Assembly (NCBI GenBank): GCA_964199315.1
Contig: OZ116699.1
Location: forward strand, 32,674,001 to 32,738,000
Direction: 5' to 3'
DNA: 64,000 nucleotides
DNA from: Orbicella franksi
Lineage: Eukaryota
How positions within the stretch are numbered: the first letter of the stretch is position 1; each line of letters starts with the position of its first letter. Positions 37,901-50,841 of this stretch are shown piece by piece. A program made the translations under genes and the position numbers. The notes under the pieces were generated by a model. That model saw only the letters and a program-made list of their open reading frames with translations. It was not told the DNA's origin and searched no databases.

Positions 37901-40900
37901 TGTATTTTGTGCTGGTGCCTCTAGAGGCATCAGTGCTTGTGTACATCCTGACTCATATTGAGCTGAAGGACCAGTGACATTTTTGAAAATCAGTTTGATA
38001 GGTTTAGACTGTAACATTTATTTTACATTTAAAATCCAGTGTTGACCAAGATTATTCAAAGTATTGCATGAGCTACTGATTGGGTTATGTGTAACAATGT
38101 TTGATGCTTGGACCCTTTTTTAAGCTAAGGGAACTTTGGTAATAGTTTCTTGAATAATAATTATAATAATTGTAGAAACAGAGCACAATTTCAATTCCTT
38201 TTATTTTTTTCTGTAGAAAATTTGGAATCGCTGAAGGCAAAGCATGGCAATGGAACAGACAGGTAAGTTAAAAATTTATAAAAAGTTCATAAATATAAAT
38301 TCAATATTGTATTATATTTGGGAGGCACGGTGGCCTCATGGTTAGTGCACTCGTCTCCAGATCGAGCGGTCCGGGTTTGAGCCCTGGCCGGGGACATTGT
38401 GTTGTGTTCTTGGGCAAGACACTTTACTCTCACAGTGCCTCTCTCCACCCGGGTGTATAAATGGGTACCGACGAATTTAATGCTGGGGGGGGAACCCTAC
38501 GATGGACTAGCGTCCCATCCAGGGGGAAGTTGAAATACTCCTTGTCGCTTCATGCTACTGAAACCGGGATAAGCTCTGGCCTGGTGGGCCACTTGGCTCG
38601 TATGCAGACTTTTACCTATTGTATTATATTGATACAAGACTATTGATGACACCATTCCACCTAGTAAATATTAGGAAACTCAATAAATCTGATGATTTTC
38701 TTTTTTAGAAGTGCTTTTACATAGTAATTATTGTAAATGTTTCAAGTGATCTCCATATTTGTCTGCTGTTGCTACAAGTTAGAGTCTACAAGGACTAGGG
38801 AGTTTGCCCAAATTCCCTGACAGTTTTTAGCTCAGGTGTGTTCCCTGGGTTAATTTAGAAAAGTAAAAACATATAACATGATTTCATGAAAGGGTTTATA
38901 AATCCTCATCAAAATCCCACAGTGCATCCAACGTCAGAGTGTTTTACAAAAAGTTGAACATGAATAAGTCTGTCAATAATTTAATTGATTAACATTTTAT
39001 TATCAGTGGTAGAAAATAATGTGAAATAAATGAACTTGTTCTAACTAAGGCATTATGTTGTTTATGTATTGTTTCAGTGACAGTGGTTTTGACAGCGATA
39101 TTGATTTGCTCTTGAATGGAAATTCTATTAGTTCATCCTCTGATGTTTATCAAAAGCTTAAGGTAGGTAACAATACGAATTTTATTTACTCATAGTTTCT
39201 TGTTTTAATTGTCAACTTCTTGCAAGTAGTTTAAATGAATGCTCATCTTGTTATACGTGTAAATGCCTCTTTTTCAGTCATTAATTGTTTTTTTTTTTTT
39301 TTTGCCACTAAGGTCAGTCATAATTCAATCCTCACACCGAAATCACAAGATAGTGGTAGTGGTAAGTGTTATATAGTATTCGTGACTAGTCTAAAGTAGG
39401 TTATATTTAACTAATCTGACTGACTGACAGAAAGTGGCTTGACTGACTGACTGACTGACTGACTGACTGACTGACTGACTGACTGACTGACTGATAGACT
39501 TAGAGATAGGAAAAAAGAAAACAAACATTGATTTACTTCAAAATTTGCAATCAAAATGACATTTTGCCTCAATCTCTCATACATGTTGTCGTGTGCTTTT
39601 CAATTTTTCATTTCTTAATTTTTCCTGCTAGAAAGTTAAATAATGACAAAGGGTGATATTTTATGATGATCTTTAGAACACCAGCAAATTAAGGTTCAGT
39701 CTTTAACTGAGCATAAACACTTTTAACATTTGTTGATTTGTCATTTGTGTTAGGTACACTAACTAGTGGTCTGGAGTCTCCAAGTTCCATGGCCAAATCA
39801 GCGGCTACAGATGGTTCACTCAGATGTGTAACAGCACAAGATCTGTACAACCTGCTAACACCAGAGAGTGAGTCCAAAATTCTGATCCTAGACTGCCGAC
39901 CTCATTCCATGTTTGTTGAGAATCACATCAGATGTTCATGTTGTGTAAATATACCAGCTGAACTGCTGGATCAAGGGTAAGAATATTATGTCTGTGCAAT
40001 AGTAAACAGTATTTTCACTCATGGTGTGCTACTGAGTAGAGTAGATCTGATCTGATCTCCAATATGGCCTTAAACGCTAGTAAGAAATATATACAAAAAG
40101 TGTGAAAGGGGGTATGCTTTGATATTATCTATGTGTAATAGCCTTCAGGACCTACAAAAGATAATCGATGAAAATTTGTTATGTCATAGTTATGCTATAT
40201 CTGAACTGGTTTATTGCCTGAAATAATGTGTTATCAACTGATATTTTCTGATAATGATACGTTTTCTTTTTTTAGGGTGTCAGTTGGCAGCATAGAAAGA
40301 AGATTGCCTGAGACAACAAGAAAGATTTGGAATAAAAGAGGACAAAAAGATTTTGTTATTTTAATGGATGAGTCAACAAAGATTGCAGACATTACACCTG
40401 AAAGCAGAATTCAAAGGCTCAAAGATGTGATATTTACCTTTGACTCATACAGTTCATTAAAGAATGAACCGCTCTTTCTTGATGGTGGATTCCATAGTTG
40501 GTTGTGGCATTATCCATCTGTTGCTCTGAAAGCAGAATTGCCAAAGGTAGCTTGAGACTAAGAAATATAGAAAAATATTGTACATTCAAAACATCAAAAC
40601 TGCCAAAAAAAACCTAAAGTCATTTATATTTCATAAGTAATTATAGAAATACAGCTGCATTTTGGCTCAATTTTGGCAATCAAGGGTGTACTGTAAAGTC
40701 AATCTATTGCTAATAGATTGAAAGAGAATTTGAGTCTACAAGATGACATTTTAGTGAATGAGAATGTGTCACATTGCCAGCAGCCATTTTGATGGCTATG
40801 ATTGCCATTTGTGTAATGTACTGCAGCCAGTACGTCTTTTCTTTGTAGCAAGGATGTCATCTGTGCCCTTTTACTCTATTAACAAATACCGTTCTTCACT

Positions 40901-43900
40901 CTTAGGTGCAGTCACAACCTAAACCTGTAACTCCCATAGATCTATCATCCCTAGACTACCCTGAACTTCCAGAAGAGAAAATATCATCACCTCAGTTGCC
41001 ATCATCTCCTGAAACTGGTCATCTTAACAGTAGCCTCCAGTATCCAGCCCTCCCAACGGCAGGTCTTCAAAATGTGGATGGCCAACTTCTTAACCCAAAA
41101 GGCAGTATTCAACAAGACAAATCGCTACCATCACCTTCCCCAGCTCCTTTCCAACCTACTCCCAATGTACCATCCTCAGGACCACTTCCAGGAGGGAAAG
41201 CTCCTTCAGAAGGTTTGAGTCCAGTACGCACACCTGGCCCAAACTATAATCAACCAGGAATTCCTCCAGCTGTCTCAGCTTCACTATCTGACAGAAAACT
41301 GTCGCATACTGGTCCTCAAAAATTGGATCCAAGGAACATGCCATCCTCACAACCTGGTGCTCCAATATTGCAATCGTCAGCACCAGGAATGCAGTCTTCA
41401 ATGCAAATTGCTCTACAGGCCATTATTTCAAATCCAGGAGGACCTAGACCACCAGGTTCTCAACCAAATATGACAGCACCACATCCTTCAGGTCAAACAG
41501 GTCTTCAAGCAAACACTCCTAACTCTGGTCCTCAAATGGCACCAAATACCCAACCATCTTTACTAAGTGCAACTGTTCCAAAGCCAGTTTTGCAACCTGG
41601 TGTGCCATTCTCAAGCCCTTCAAGCAAGCCATCTGCTCAACCTGGTATTTCACCACCCCAATCCACTATCTCACAGTCGACTTCATCTTCAAACATGTCA
41701 ACTCCTGGGACTCAGCCTGCTAGTGTGAATTCCACATCTTCAACTAGCCAAGTACACTCAGTGGCTCCACTGCAGGTTACTCAAACAATATCAACTTTAT
41801 CTTCTGCTGGAGGACCACAGCTATCTTCAAAATTATCAGTACCTCCCGAAGGCCCTGGAGTTGCTGTTCCACCTGTTTCTGGCCATATGCCTGGCCAACA
41901 GAGTGTGCAGCCAGGAAACCACCCACAAGTTCCATCAGTGAGTCAAGTGTCTCATGGTGGTACTCAAGTTCCTGGACAGTCCTCCCTTCCAGCAGCACAA
42001 CATCATCAGGTTGCCACTTCACCCATCCCAAGGACAGATTCAAGAAACAATCCAAATGGAAGGGATACAACTATTAATTCAAGTCAAGTTTCCCCTCCAG
42101 GACATGTAGTTAATTCTGATCAGAAGCCAACTCAGGATGTTCCTAGTGGATCCACAAAACAGCCACATGGTGGACAAAAGGTGTCAAAGTCTTCTCAACA
42201 GGCTGCTTCCAACAAGGCAACTGCCTATGTAACTACACCAGGGTTGCCACCTGGCTGGGAGAGAGTTGAAAGTGGAGACAAAGTTTACTACAAAAATCAC
42301 AATACTCATTCAACACATTGGAAACCACCCTCATCGGTGACAACACCTGCTGCACCACAATCTAGTGTGCAAAAGCCAGATCAATCTCAGTCAGGCACAA
42401 AAGTTGTTGCACCACAATCAAGTAGTGTAACAGGACTGCCACCGGGCTGGGAGAAAGTTGAAAGTGAAGGAAAAGTTTACTACAAAGATAACAATACTCA
42501 TACAACACATTGGCATCCACCCTCATCAGGGACAACACCTGCTGCACCACAATCTAGTGTGCAAAAGCAACAGCAGGCCCCTATAAAGAGACAATCTTCG
42601 GTAGAAAGGCCAATGCTGCGCAGATCCAATTCCTCACCAAACCTAAAAAAGCAGAGTGATCAGGGCACTTCTGGTCCTAAGAGACCGGTAATAGATCGCT
42701 TATCAAAACCAGACTCGGGGCAAACAGGAACAGCCAGACCAGTTATAAACCGCAGTGCTAAACCTTTGTCTGCCAACCAGCTTGACAGCTTTAACCCTAG
42801 CTATGGAGGGCTGGGAACCGGATTAACAGGACTCCGTAACCTGGGAAACACTTGTTATATGAACTCTGTTGTACAGTGCTTGAGCAGTGTTTCCCCTTTG
42901 GCTGCTTTTTTTATTTCAGGGGTTTACAGAGAAGATCTCAACAGAAGCAATCGAGATGGAACAAAGGGTAGGTGACAAAAGTTGAAATTCATGTCATGAT
43001 TTAAAATATGAATATAACATGTTTTTTGTTAAAGGACAACCATTATAAGATGGACTTACATACAATCTTTCTAGAAACAAAAATCAGTTCAAAATAGCAG
43101 GGAGTTTGAAAAACTGAGGTCATCTATAGCTGATAGTAAATTACAAAATAAACCAGGGCAAATGCAAGGGAAATGAGTTTGGGTTCAACATTACAGGGAG
43201 ATTGAAATAACCAAGTTGAAAATAATATCAGGTCCAGCTGTATTACACAGCTTTTTAAATAATGATCCTAGTTTGTTATCAACCAGTGCAAGTGCATATG
43301 CCCATTACAAAACAAATTATTTTTCAGGGGAACTAGCAGAGAGCTTTTCAGTACTTGTCAGAGTTCTGCATTCTGGACAATTCAAGTGTGTGTCGCCAGG
43401 AGATTTCAAACGAACAGTTGGAAAGTTTAAATCCCAGTTCTCTGGGTATGACCAACAAGATTCCCAGGAACTGTTAGCTTTCTTGATGGATGGCTTACAA
43501 GAGGATCTCAACAAGGTATTGTTGGTACTGAATAGGTATAATAAGAAGTAAGTTTCATTCTAGGCTATCATTTTAGACACAAATGTCAAATATTAAATGC
43601 CAAACCATTAGTAAGAGCAACGGTCTGCCAATATGGTATTGAAGTAGTATCATACCTAGGAGAGTAGCAATACTCTGTGTTGTACAATGTTACACAAACC
43701 AGAAAGACCCACCCTGCCCACCCGCCTACCTACCTGGTGCTTACATACCTACTACCTTCTTAACTCTCACTTTCCCCACCTACCTACTAATGTTCCCACN
43801 NNNNNNNNNNNNNNNNNNNNNNNNNNNNNNNNNNNNNNNNNNNNNNNNNNNNNNNNNNNNNNNNNNNNNNNNNNNNNNNNNNNNNNNNNNNNNNNNNNNN

Positions 43901-46900
43901 NNNNNNNNNNNNNNNNNNNNNNNNNNNNNNNNNNNNNNACCTAACTGGTTGCATACCTACCTACCTACCTTGCTACCCACCTCCCTACCTCTCTACCTAC
44001 TTACCTAGCTACCTACCTACCTTGCATCCCACGTACCTACCAATCTTCCTACCTCCCTCTTTCCCTACCTGTACACCTACCTATTCTTGAGAGTGAAATA
44101 GTTAGTAAGAAGTACTATTAAAATTTCAATAAATCAACAAATTTTTTTGTCATGTATGTTCCCTGTAGGTGAAGAGCAAGCCATATCTTAAGGCACCTGC
44201 TGATGATCTAGACCCTCAAACAGCTGCCAAGATTGCTTGGGAAAACCACAAGAAGAGGAATGAATCTATTATGGTGGAGTTGTTTGATGTAAGATGACAT
44301 CTATAGCTTTCTCTTCGATCAAAAAAGGAAGACCAGAGTTTAAGTGCACAAGGTTTGCTCTACTGATGTGCAAGTGGCAAGGTGTTCAATTACAACATTT
44401 GGTCTTTCACAAAGGGTTACAATAATAGTAATCTGACAACTGTGATTAAACACATGTGACTGTGCCACAATAACATAAAAAGCGATGTGTGAAAAACCAA
44501 GCAGAGACAAGAGTTGTGTTGTTTAATATAATGATTACACAATTGTTTGGTCATTTTTTTCAGGGTTTGTTCATGTCAACTGTAAAGTGTATGGTCTGTA
44601 GTAAAGAATCCAGGACTTTTGACACTTTTTCCAACCTTACTCTTCCACTGCCAGCCAATGCAAGTCGCTGCACTCTCCAGGTATGTGTATTGATTAATGG
44701 TAAAGGTAGGTAAAGTCTGCATTCGAGCCAACTGGCCCATCAGGCTGGAGCTTATCCCGGTTTCTGTAATATAAAGCGACTAGGAGTATTTCCTCTTCCC
44801 CCTGGATGGGATGCTAGTCTGTTGCAGGGTTACCCCCAGCAATAAATTCGCTGGTACCCATTTATACCTCTGGGTGGAGAGAGGCACTGTGAGAGTAAAG
44901 TGTCTTGCCCAAGAACACAACAAAATGTCCCTGGCCAGGGCTTAATCCTGGACCACTTGATCCGGAGATGAGCACAGTAACCATGAGGCCACCATGCCTC
45001 CACGTATTAATTAATAAATAACAATAATTAAGTTGATTTAGTCAACCATGATATGGAAGATGACAGTATGGATATTTCTAGCTACAATCAATAAATCTTG
45101 TTTCTAACAAGCAGACTGTGTCATCAAAAGACTACGGACGGAGGATTAGAATTTTGCCTTTATAGAATATACCTTAATGGGCTATTAATTTTGAGATTTG
45201 TTGAGATATTTTAGAAGTTATAGTTTATGTACTATTGTTTGGATGTGTAATATTTTTTGGAGTATTAATTGATTACTTATTTCAGGATTGCCTAGCCTTG
45301 TTTACAAAACCTGAGAAAATGTCAGGAGATGATAAATGGTAAGTATTTTAAATATTGACCCAATATCGTGTGCTGTGTCACCCAGCAGCCAATTTGAAAA
45401 CGAAATCTGAATGACTACAATGTATAAGGCACTGTGGTAGCCATCAGTGACAGGTCTAATTTGAATTTTTCATGTCAGGTTTTGTCCAAAGTGCCAACAA
45501 AGAAGGGAAGCCAGTAAAACAATTCAGATCTGGAGGCTGCCAGCCATCCTTGTTGTACATCTCAAACGGTAATCAAAAATGACTTTCCTTACACAAGCTT
45601 TAGTGTGTGCATCTATGAATCTATGATTCTTGAGAGGTACTTTAATTTGGAGGGTCTGTTATTTTCAGATTCAGATTTTTATTTGCACTATTTACAAACC
45701 TTCCACTGATTAAATTAAAACATTAACACAGAAAATGTAGAAATGGAAAAAATGTACAACCAAAACTAAATTGGGAAGTGCTCAGTGACCAAAGCCGCGT
45801 AATTGCTCTCAAGTTGGTCACTGACACGTACAAATAACTGACAAGACATATGTTATCAATAGTTATAAGACTTTCGAAAAGTCTTTTCCAATAATACTTT
45901 CCTTGACTGTTGGTTTCTTGCTTTTGACTTTATTGCTCAAAGATTGCCCTTAAGCAAAGCAAGAGAGTGTTGATTAAGCATAGGATTAAGCAAAGGTCGC
46001 CTTGTGGCAAGTCTTCATAGCAAGTTGTCTGTTGGCTTAGCAAGTACATAACTGTAGTTCATTTCATTACACCTGCTTTCAGTGTTACATGCATAGGCGA
46101 CATCTTTTGACCACATAAACGGCTGAAATACCATTTACCTGCGAAACTAGCAATTTTTCTGGTTATTAGCGGAACAAATGACAAGTATATACAATTACTG
46201 ACCTCAAATGAATGAAGAAGATTGTGGACTCCCAATTTACGGGATAATTCAAACAATTTTAGTGTAGTCGATCAGCTCTCAATAGTGACTTCTGGTAGAA
46301 TTAAGCTGCTACCGCTCACTTAATATTTGAAAGATGTAAACATTCAGAGCAGAGATAGTTGCTATGCATGTAACACTGAAAGCAGGTGTAAGGTCCATGT
46401 AGTAATCTTGTACATTTTTTGTAGATTTCAATATGAAGGGATGTGGCGTCAGAAACTTCAAACAGGCGTCTCCTTTCAAATGTCACAGTTGGACATGTCC
46501 AACTTTGTAGTGGGTCCAAAGTTTACAGCATGTTACAACCTGCATGCCGTTTCCAATCATTATGGAACCATGCATGGCGGACATTACACTGCATTCTGCA
46601 AGAGTGTTTATGATAAGAAGTGGTACAAGTTTGATGATCAGTATGTAACTGAGATGTCACCCAGAGAAGTTGTGGTATGTCTACTAGTGATCTTCTAGGT
46701 TTCATCTTGATAGTGAATATTAAATCATGTTACTCGAGGCTCTTTTTTAGGAAACAAATCTGGGGCACTCATGAGACAAGGAGTTATCCACAAGTGCTTC
46801 ATTTCATCCTTGACTCCCAGTAAAATTATTTCTTGTTCATAAATGAAATAGACCCTTTTCATAAATAGCCGCTGATTATAAATTAATTTGTCAGTATGAC

Positions 46901-47528
46901 AATTAGTCTTATTAACCTTGTTTTTCAGTTTATAATTTAGAAGAATTTTTAATCTAATACAAGGTCATTGTCAAGGCTAATTTAAATGCACACAAAGGAA
47001 TTTTTAATTGCCAGCCATTAATAAAGAGTCTCTTGCCCAAGTGTAGAGGAAGCACATAAATACTTGAATTGAGGAACAATTATTTTTGGCAACCTGCATT
47101 CATTCTGACTGTGGGTAAAATTCAACGGACAGACAGTTGGAATAAGTGCTTTTAATTATATTCCCATAAAACACATTAAACTGGGCATTCTTTGGTTTGG
47201 CATTTCTTTTACAAAGTAGAGTTGATATTTGAATGATTGTTGTGTTGTGTGGTTTCAGAAATTATCCATGTACTCACTCCAAGGAGGGTTATTTGAAATG
47301 ACAATGGGGAGGGTTCAAATAAGGGTGTGGGAAAGACTGGATAAATTTCTGGAACAATATCATATCATTTATCACACCACATCATACCATACCATAATTA
47401 GATCATATCATAATAAATTTATTATTTATGGCAGAAAATATTTGTTTCTTTTGCAGACTTCAGCCGGATATCTGCTGTTTTACACCTCATTTGATTTCCA
47501 ACCCCCAAAGTACTTAATCAAGTCATGA
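31913..47528 (+). CDS. USP8: Ubiquitin carboxyl-terminal hydrolase 8 (USP8/UBPY), ~1350 aa, 17 coding exons
   Basis: Exons 31913-32028, 35611-35755, 36693-36778, 37425-37504, 38217-38262, 39078-39162, 39313-39361, 39754-39976, 40276-40546, 40906-42967, 43328-43515, 44169-44288, 44564-44680, 45286-45338, 45479-45568, 46425-46674, 47457-47528. Phases consistent, total 4053 nt. MIT/USP8-dimer N-terminus ([12 protein letters not shown]), rhodanese domain ([17 protein letters not shown]), RSNSSP 14-3-3 site, Cys box [32 protein letters not shown] zinc ligands, His box [21 protein letters not shown]. Confidence 0.95.
32745..32851. mobile_element. Terminal fragment of a foldback-like element built of GAACGAAGTGAC subrepeats
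   Basis: Five short GAA(C/T)(G/A)AAGTGAC-like units, same style as 54802-54920 and 56470-56588. Confidence 0.6.
33964..34696. mobile_element. hAT-like non-autonomous element, 733 bp
   Basis: TIRs CAGTGTTTCTGCCAGA / TCTGGCTGAAACACTG (15/16 match). 8-bp flanks CCTCACTC and CCTCACCC (7/8 match) fit an hAT TSD. Confidence 0.8.
35212..35402. mobile_element. MITE with ~40-bp imperfect TIRs
   Basis: TGTGCAGCACCAGAAAATATCCATAC...GTATGGATATTCTCTGAAACTACACA. Confidence 0.75.
36078..36429. mobile_element. Foldback-like MITE with GTAGCAAAC subrepeats
   Basis: GTTGGTTTTGCTACCT at the left end and AGGTAGCAAAACCAGC at the right end. TTTGCTAC/GTAGCAAA units are mirrored on both arms. Confidence 0.7.
38320..38617 (+). 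mobile_element. tRNA-derived SINE with conserved central (Deu/Nin-type) domain
   Basis: Pol III A box TGGCCTCATGG and B box GGTTTGAGCCC. Core CTTGGGCAAGACACTTTACTCTCACAGTGCCTCTCTCCACCC.GGTGTATAAATGGGTACC. Tail CAGACTTTTACCT. A second full copy lies in reverse at 44703-45002. Confidence 0.9.
39441..39494. repeat. (GACT)13 microsatellite
   Basis: Direct reading. Confidence 0.95.
43715..44085. repeat. Degenerate (CCTA)n simple repeat spanning a 139-N assembly gap (43800-43938) in USP8 intron 11
   Basis: CCTACCTAC runs on both sides of the N stretch. Confidence 0.9.
44703..45002 (-). mobile_element. tRNA-derived SINE, second full-length copy
   Basis: Reverse complement aligns end to end with 38320-38617. 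Confidence 0.9.
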
Positions 47529-50500
47529 AACTAATCAGTGGAGTTGATGATATATTGTAAATAGTTGCAGCAAATTTACATGTCTTTGACAAAAGAAAAT
47601 TGTATGAATCAAAAATCAATTTAATGAATTAGCACTGTAATTACACTAGATGTTTGGTATGGCCCCCCAAAAATTATGAAGTATAGGCACTGATTTTAAA
47701 ATATTATACCTCAAGGTCACTAAAAAACATTGACTGAGATTATTTACATTATTATGTAGAAAACATGTCATATAATTGTAGATCTAGATGTTACAATGTA
47801 CTGTAGAAGTAACAAATAAGTGATGGAACAACTTACTAGGCTTTTGCGTTGAAAGAAGAAAACAGTGGGACTGTCTGTGAGTAAATCTGTTCCCTGAGTC
47901 AAGTTGAAACTTAAGTCCAATAGCTGAGTCATTGCTGATTGTTCAGCAAATGTTAAGTTTAATCCCAATTCCCCATGGTTTGGAATGTGGCAGATGGTGG
48001 GCTGGAGATAGGTGACTAACTGCATTGAGCCAAATAGCATTATAGTAAGTATAAATAGTGCTCTGGTTAGCCTACAAGCAAGGTATGTTTTTCTGAACAA
48101 GGGCGAGATATTAAATGTTATTGATTTGTAACATGACTTAGACATTTGCTTTGCACTCAGAGGAATGTCTAATGATCAGATTTGTCTCAGCCAGCTGATC
48201 AACTTGATGGTCAGTAAAATACATTTTATTTGGTCAAAATGAGTTTGGCAATTGACAAAATATGAGACAACTAGTTAATTATGACTTGTATTAAACGTAA
48301 GTGTTAATTTTTATTTCAAGCCTGTAGAAAACATAATGTATTACTGGACCTGGGTCAAGTTGTTTGAGTTGTTGTTGTTTAACTTAATCATCAGCTAAAC
48401 AACTAGAACCTAGAAGTTAGCTAAAGAAGGTTATTGTTTCATAAAATGTTTTCCTTCAGAGTTAATGTTTTTGGCCTAAACTGTTTGGGTTTCATAACAC
48501 AACTGATAATCCGTAAATATTGTTTTAATAGTGATCAAGATTGCTGTTGAAGTGTTGAAAATACAACTTTGTGTAAATGCAAGGTTGCAAAACAAAGAGA
48601 TGTAGTGCTGTAGGTCATAGAGGTAGATCTGCAGCACAGAGAGATGACCAGGGTAAAGGAAGAATAATTACAACTGCATAATTATATATTTTTTTAGATT
48701 TGGATCTTTGTATTCAGTTGTACATTACATTTATGCCATGGAAAGGAGAGGCCACAAGTGCAGGTTTTCAGGGGAGTTTTATTTTCTCAATTTGGTTTCA
48801 AACTGAAAATTAATACAAAGGAGAGAACCAAACATATATCAATTGAATACTGTAATTAGAATTGGAATCATTGTTAAATTACTGTTACATTTATAATTTA
48901 CTTCCCTCCTCAGATATTGAGCCCTCTGAAAACAGAGTTTATTGTAATATTTGGTCAAGATGATTTGTTACCTTGTTGGTCTCATTGATCCATTAGATTG
49001 GCTTCATTAATGAATTTTGCTATAGCTTCAGCATTTAGGAGATGGTTTTGATCAAGAAATAAGAGCCCAGTCCTTACTAAGTACCCTGTCTCCCAACTTC
49101 AGTTGGAACCATTTGTAATAGTAATTGGACCAAGTGGAGTGCAATTCAGGGAGTAATCGGGCAAGTAATTTCAATAACGGACAAGAGTGAAGTGCAAGGC
49201 CGATTTTAAATTATGATCACGATTACTCGCTGAATTGTATGACACAAGGTCCACTTACCAATTAATCATATCTATAACAAATTTCAAAATTGAAAAAGTC
49301 TTTGGAGAACTTCTTTTGAGCAAAAAGGTCAGTAGCATTTTCCTAAGTTTCAAAAACACTGGGAAACATTGAGGAAGCCATAAAAGTGCACGTAATTCAC
49401 ATATGAATCATGTAGGTATCCAATTACAGGCATCTAAATACAAATAGTTCTAATTAGATACCTGCAAGAGAACATGATAGGTACAATTGGACACCCACAT
49501 GAATGCACACCAGTTAGGTGACTAATAGCAGGCAGAGATCCAATCATGATTGGAAATTTTGTTATAGATACAATTATAATGGTAATTGTCAAAAGGTTAT
49601 GGATAGGCTAATAATAAGCTAATAATGCTTCATCGTATAGCCAGTGTCTGGTCTGTAGGTCAAGCATTGTCAGAGGAATTTATCAGATGAGATAACACTA
49701 ATTTTTAGAAACATTTTTTGAAGTTTGAGACCAGTGTCAAGGATGGACTCTAACTGGGCAAACAAAGAGAGAAAGGCTGTCAATTACTAAATTGCAATGT
49801 TCAGTCTCGAAGAAAACCTAAAAAAAATATTGCAAAGAAGGGCCTGTGCCAAAGAGGCAAATTGGAAAGGAAGTTAGGAGACCATTAAGTAACTCTTTAG
49901 TTGCAGGAGTAAGAATTAAGTAAATAATATTCAGTTGTATAATAATGTACAATGTAAGTGCAAGTATTGCAGGTTGCTGCATTTAATCTGCATCGTAATA
50001 TCCTAACTTGTAATTTGTAATTTTCCAAACCTTGTGTAACTTTTAGAAGGTCTTGGTCTCAAATGAATGTAAACTATTAAAATTATTAATGTAATAAAGC
50101 AATAATTAAGTTGATTGGATCAAGTGTGTAGTTGTCTTGTATTAAGGTGGCTGACAACAGCTTCCATCACTGATACTTTGATGTATCAATACTACCACTC
50201 TTTATCAGATGATGCTACAATAATGGTATCACACAAATGCCCAGTGATTGGCTCACAGGTTTCCATAGCAACAGTAAAACCTGTTAACATCCGTAACTCT
50301 AGCTTGAATTGTTTACAACTAAAAAAACAAGCTTGATGATCATGACTTCAATCATTTATTGCCGAATTGTAGTGATAACATACATACGTTCAAAAACTTG
50401 TGTAAGGTGTGCAGAGGCACCTTAACTTTTTCAAACTTCACAAAACTTTTATCTTTGATTGTTAACCAAAAAATGGGGATCTCCTTGCTCAGTTTTGAGT

Positions 50501-50587
50501 GACAAGCACTTAAAGTTAATGAAAAATTAATGGTGTTTCAACATGTTGTATTGTTGCTATGGTGACCTCTTCTGCCACAATGATCAG

Positions 50588-50841
50588 GGGTGCTTACCAT
50601 TTACAAAAACCATCCGGTTGAAAATTTCAGGCATAAACATTAAACAATTAAATTGAACATTGCGGGAGAGGGAATCGCTATAAAGTATATCCACATCAGC
50701 TAGAGAGACTTAAAAGAGCAGAAAAATAGCATCAACCCAAATCACAGCCCATATTTTCTGAAGCTTCCCAAACGGAATGGCGCGAACCATTTGATTTTGC
50801 AACTGGAATTTCCGGTTTTCCCATGTAGATGGTAAGTACCC
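50588..50841. mobile_element. MITE (PIF/Harbinger-like termini)
   Basis: GGGTGCTTACCATTTAC ... GTAGATGGTAAGTACCC, 15/17 inverted match. Confidence 0.75.

Noticed and set aside
38320-38400. tRNA gene
   Set aside because: A/B boxes are present, but the sequence continues into a SINE core and tail, occurs in multiple copies, and no cloverleaf can be drawn.
43687-44008. ORFs crossing the N run
   Set aside because: Produced by the assembly gap and CCTA simple repeat.
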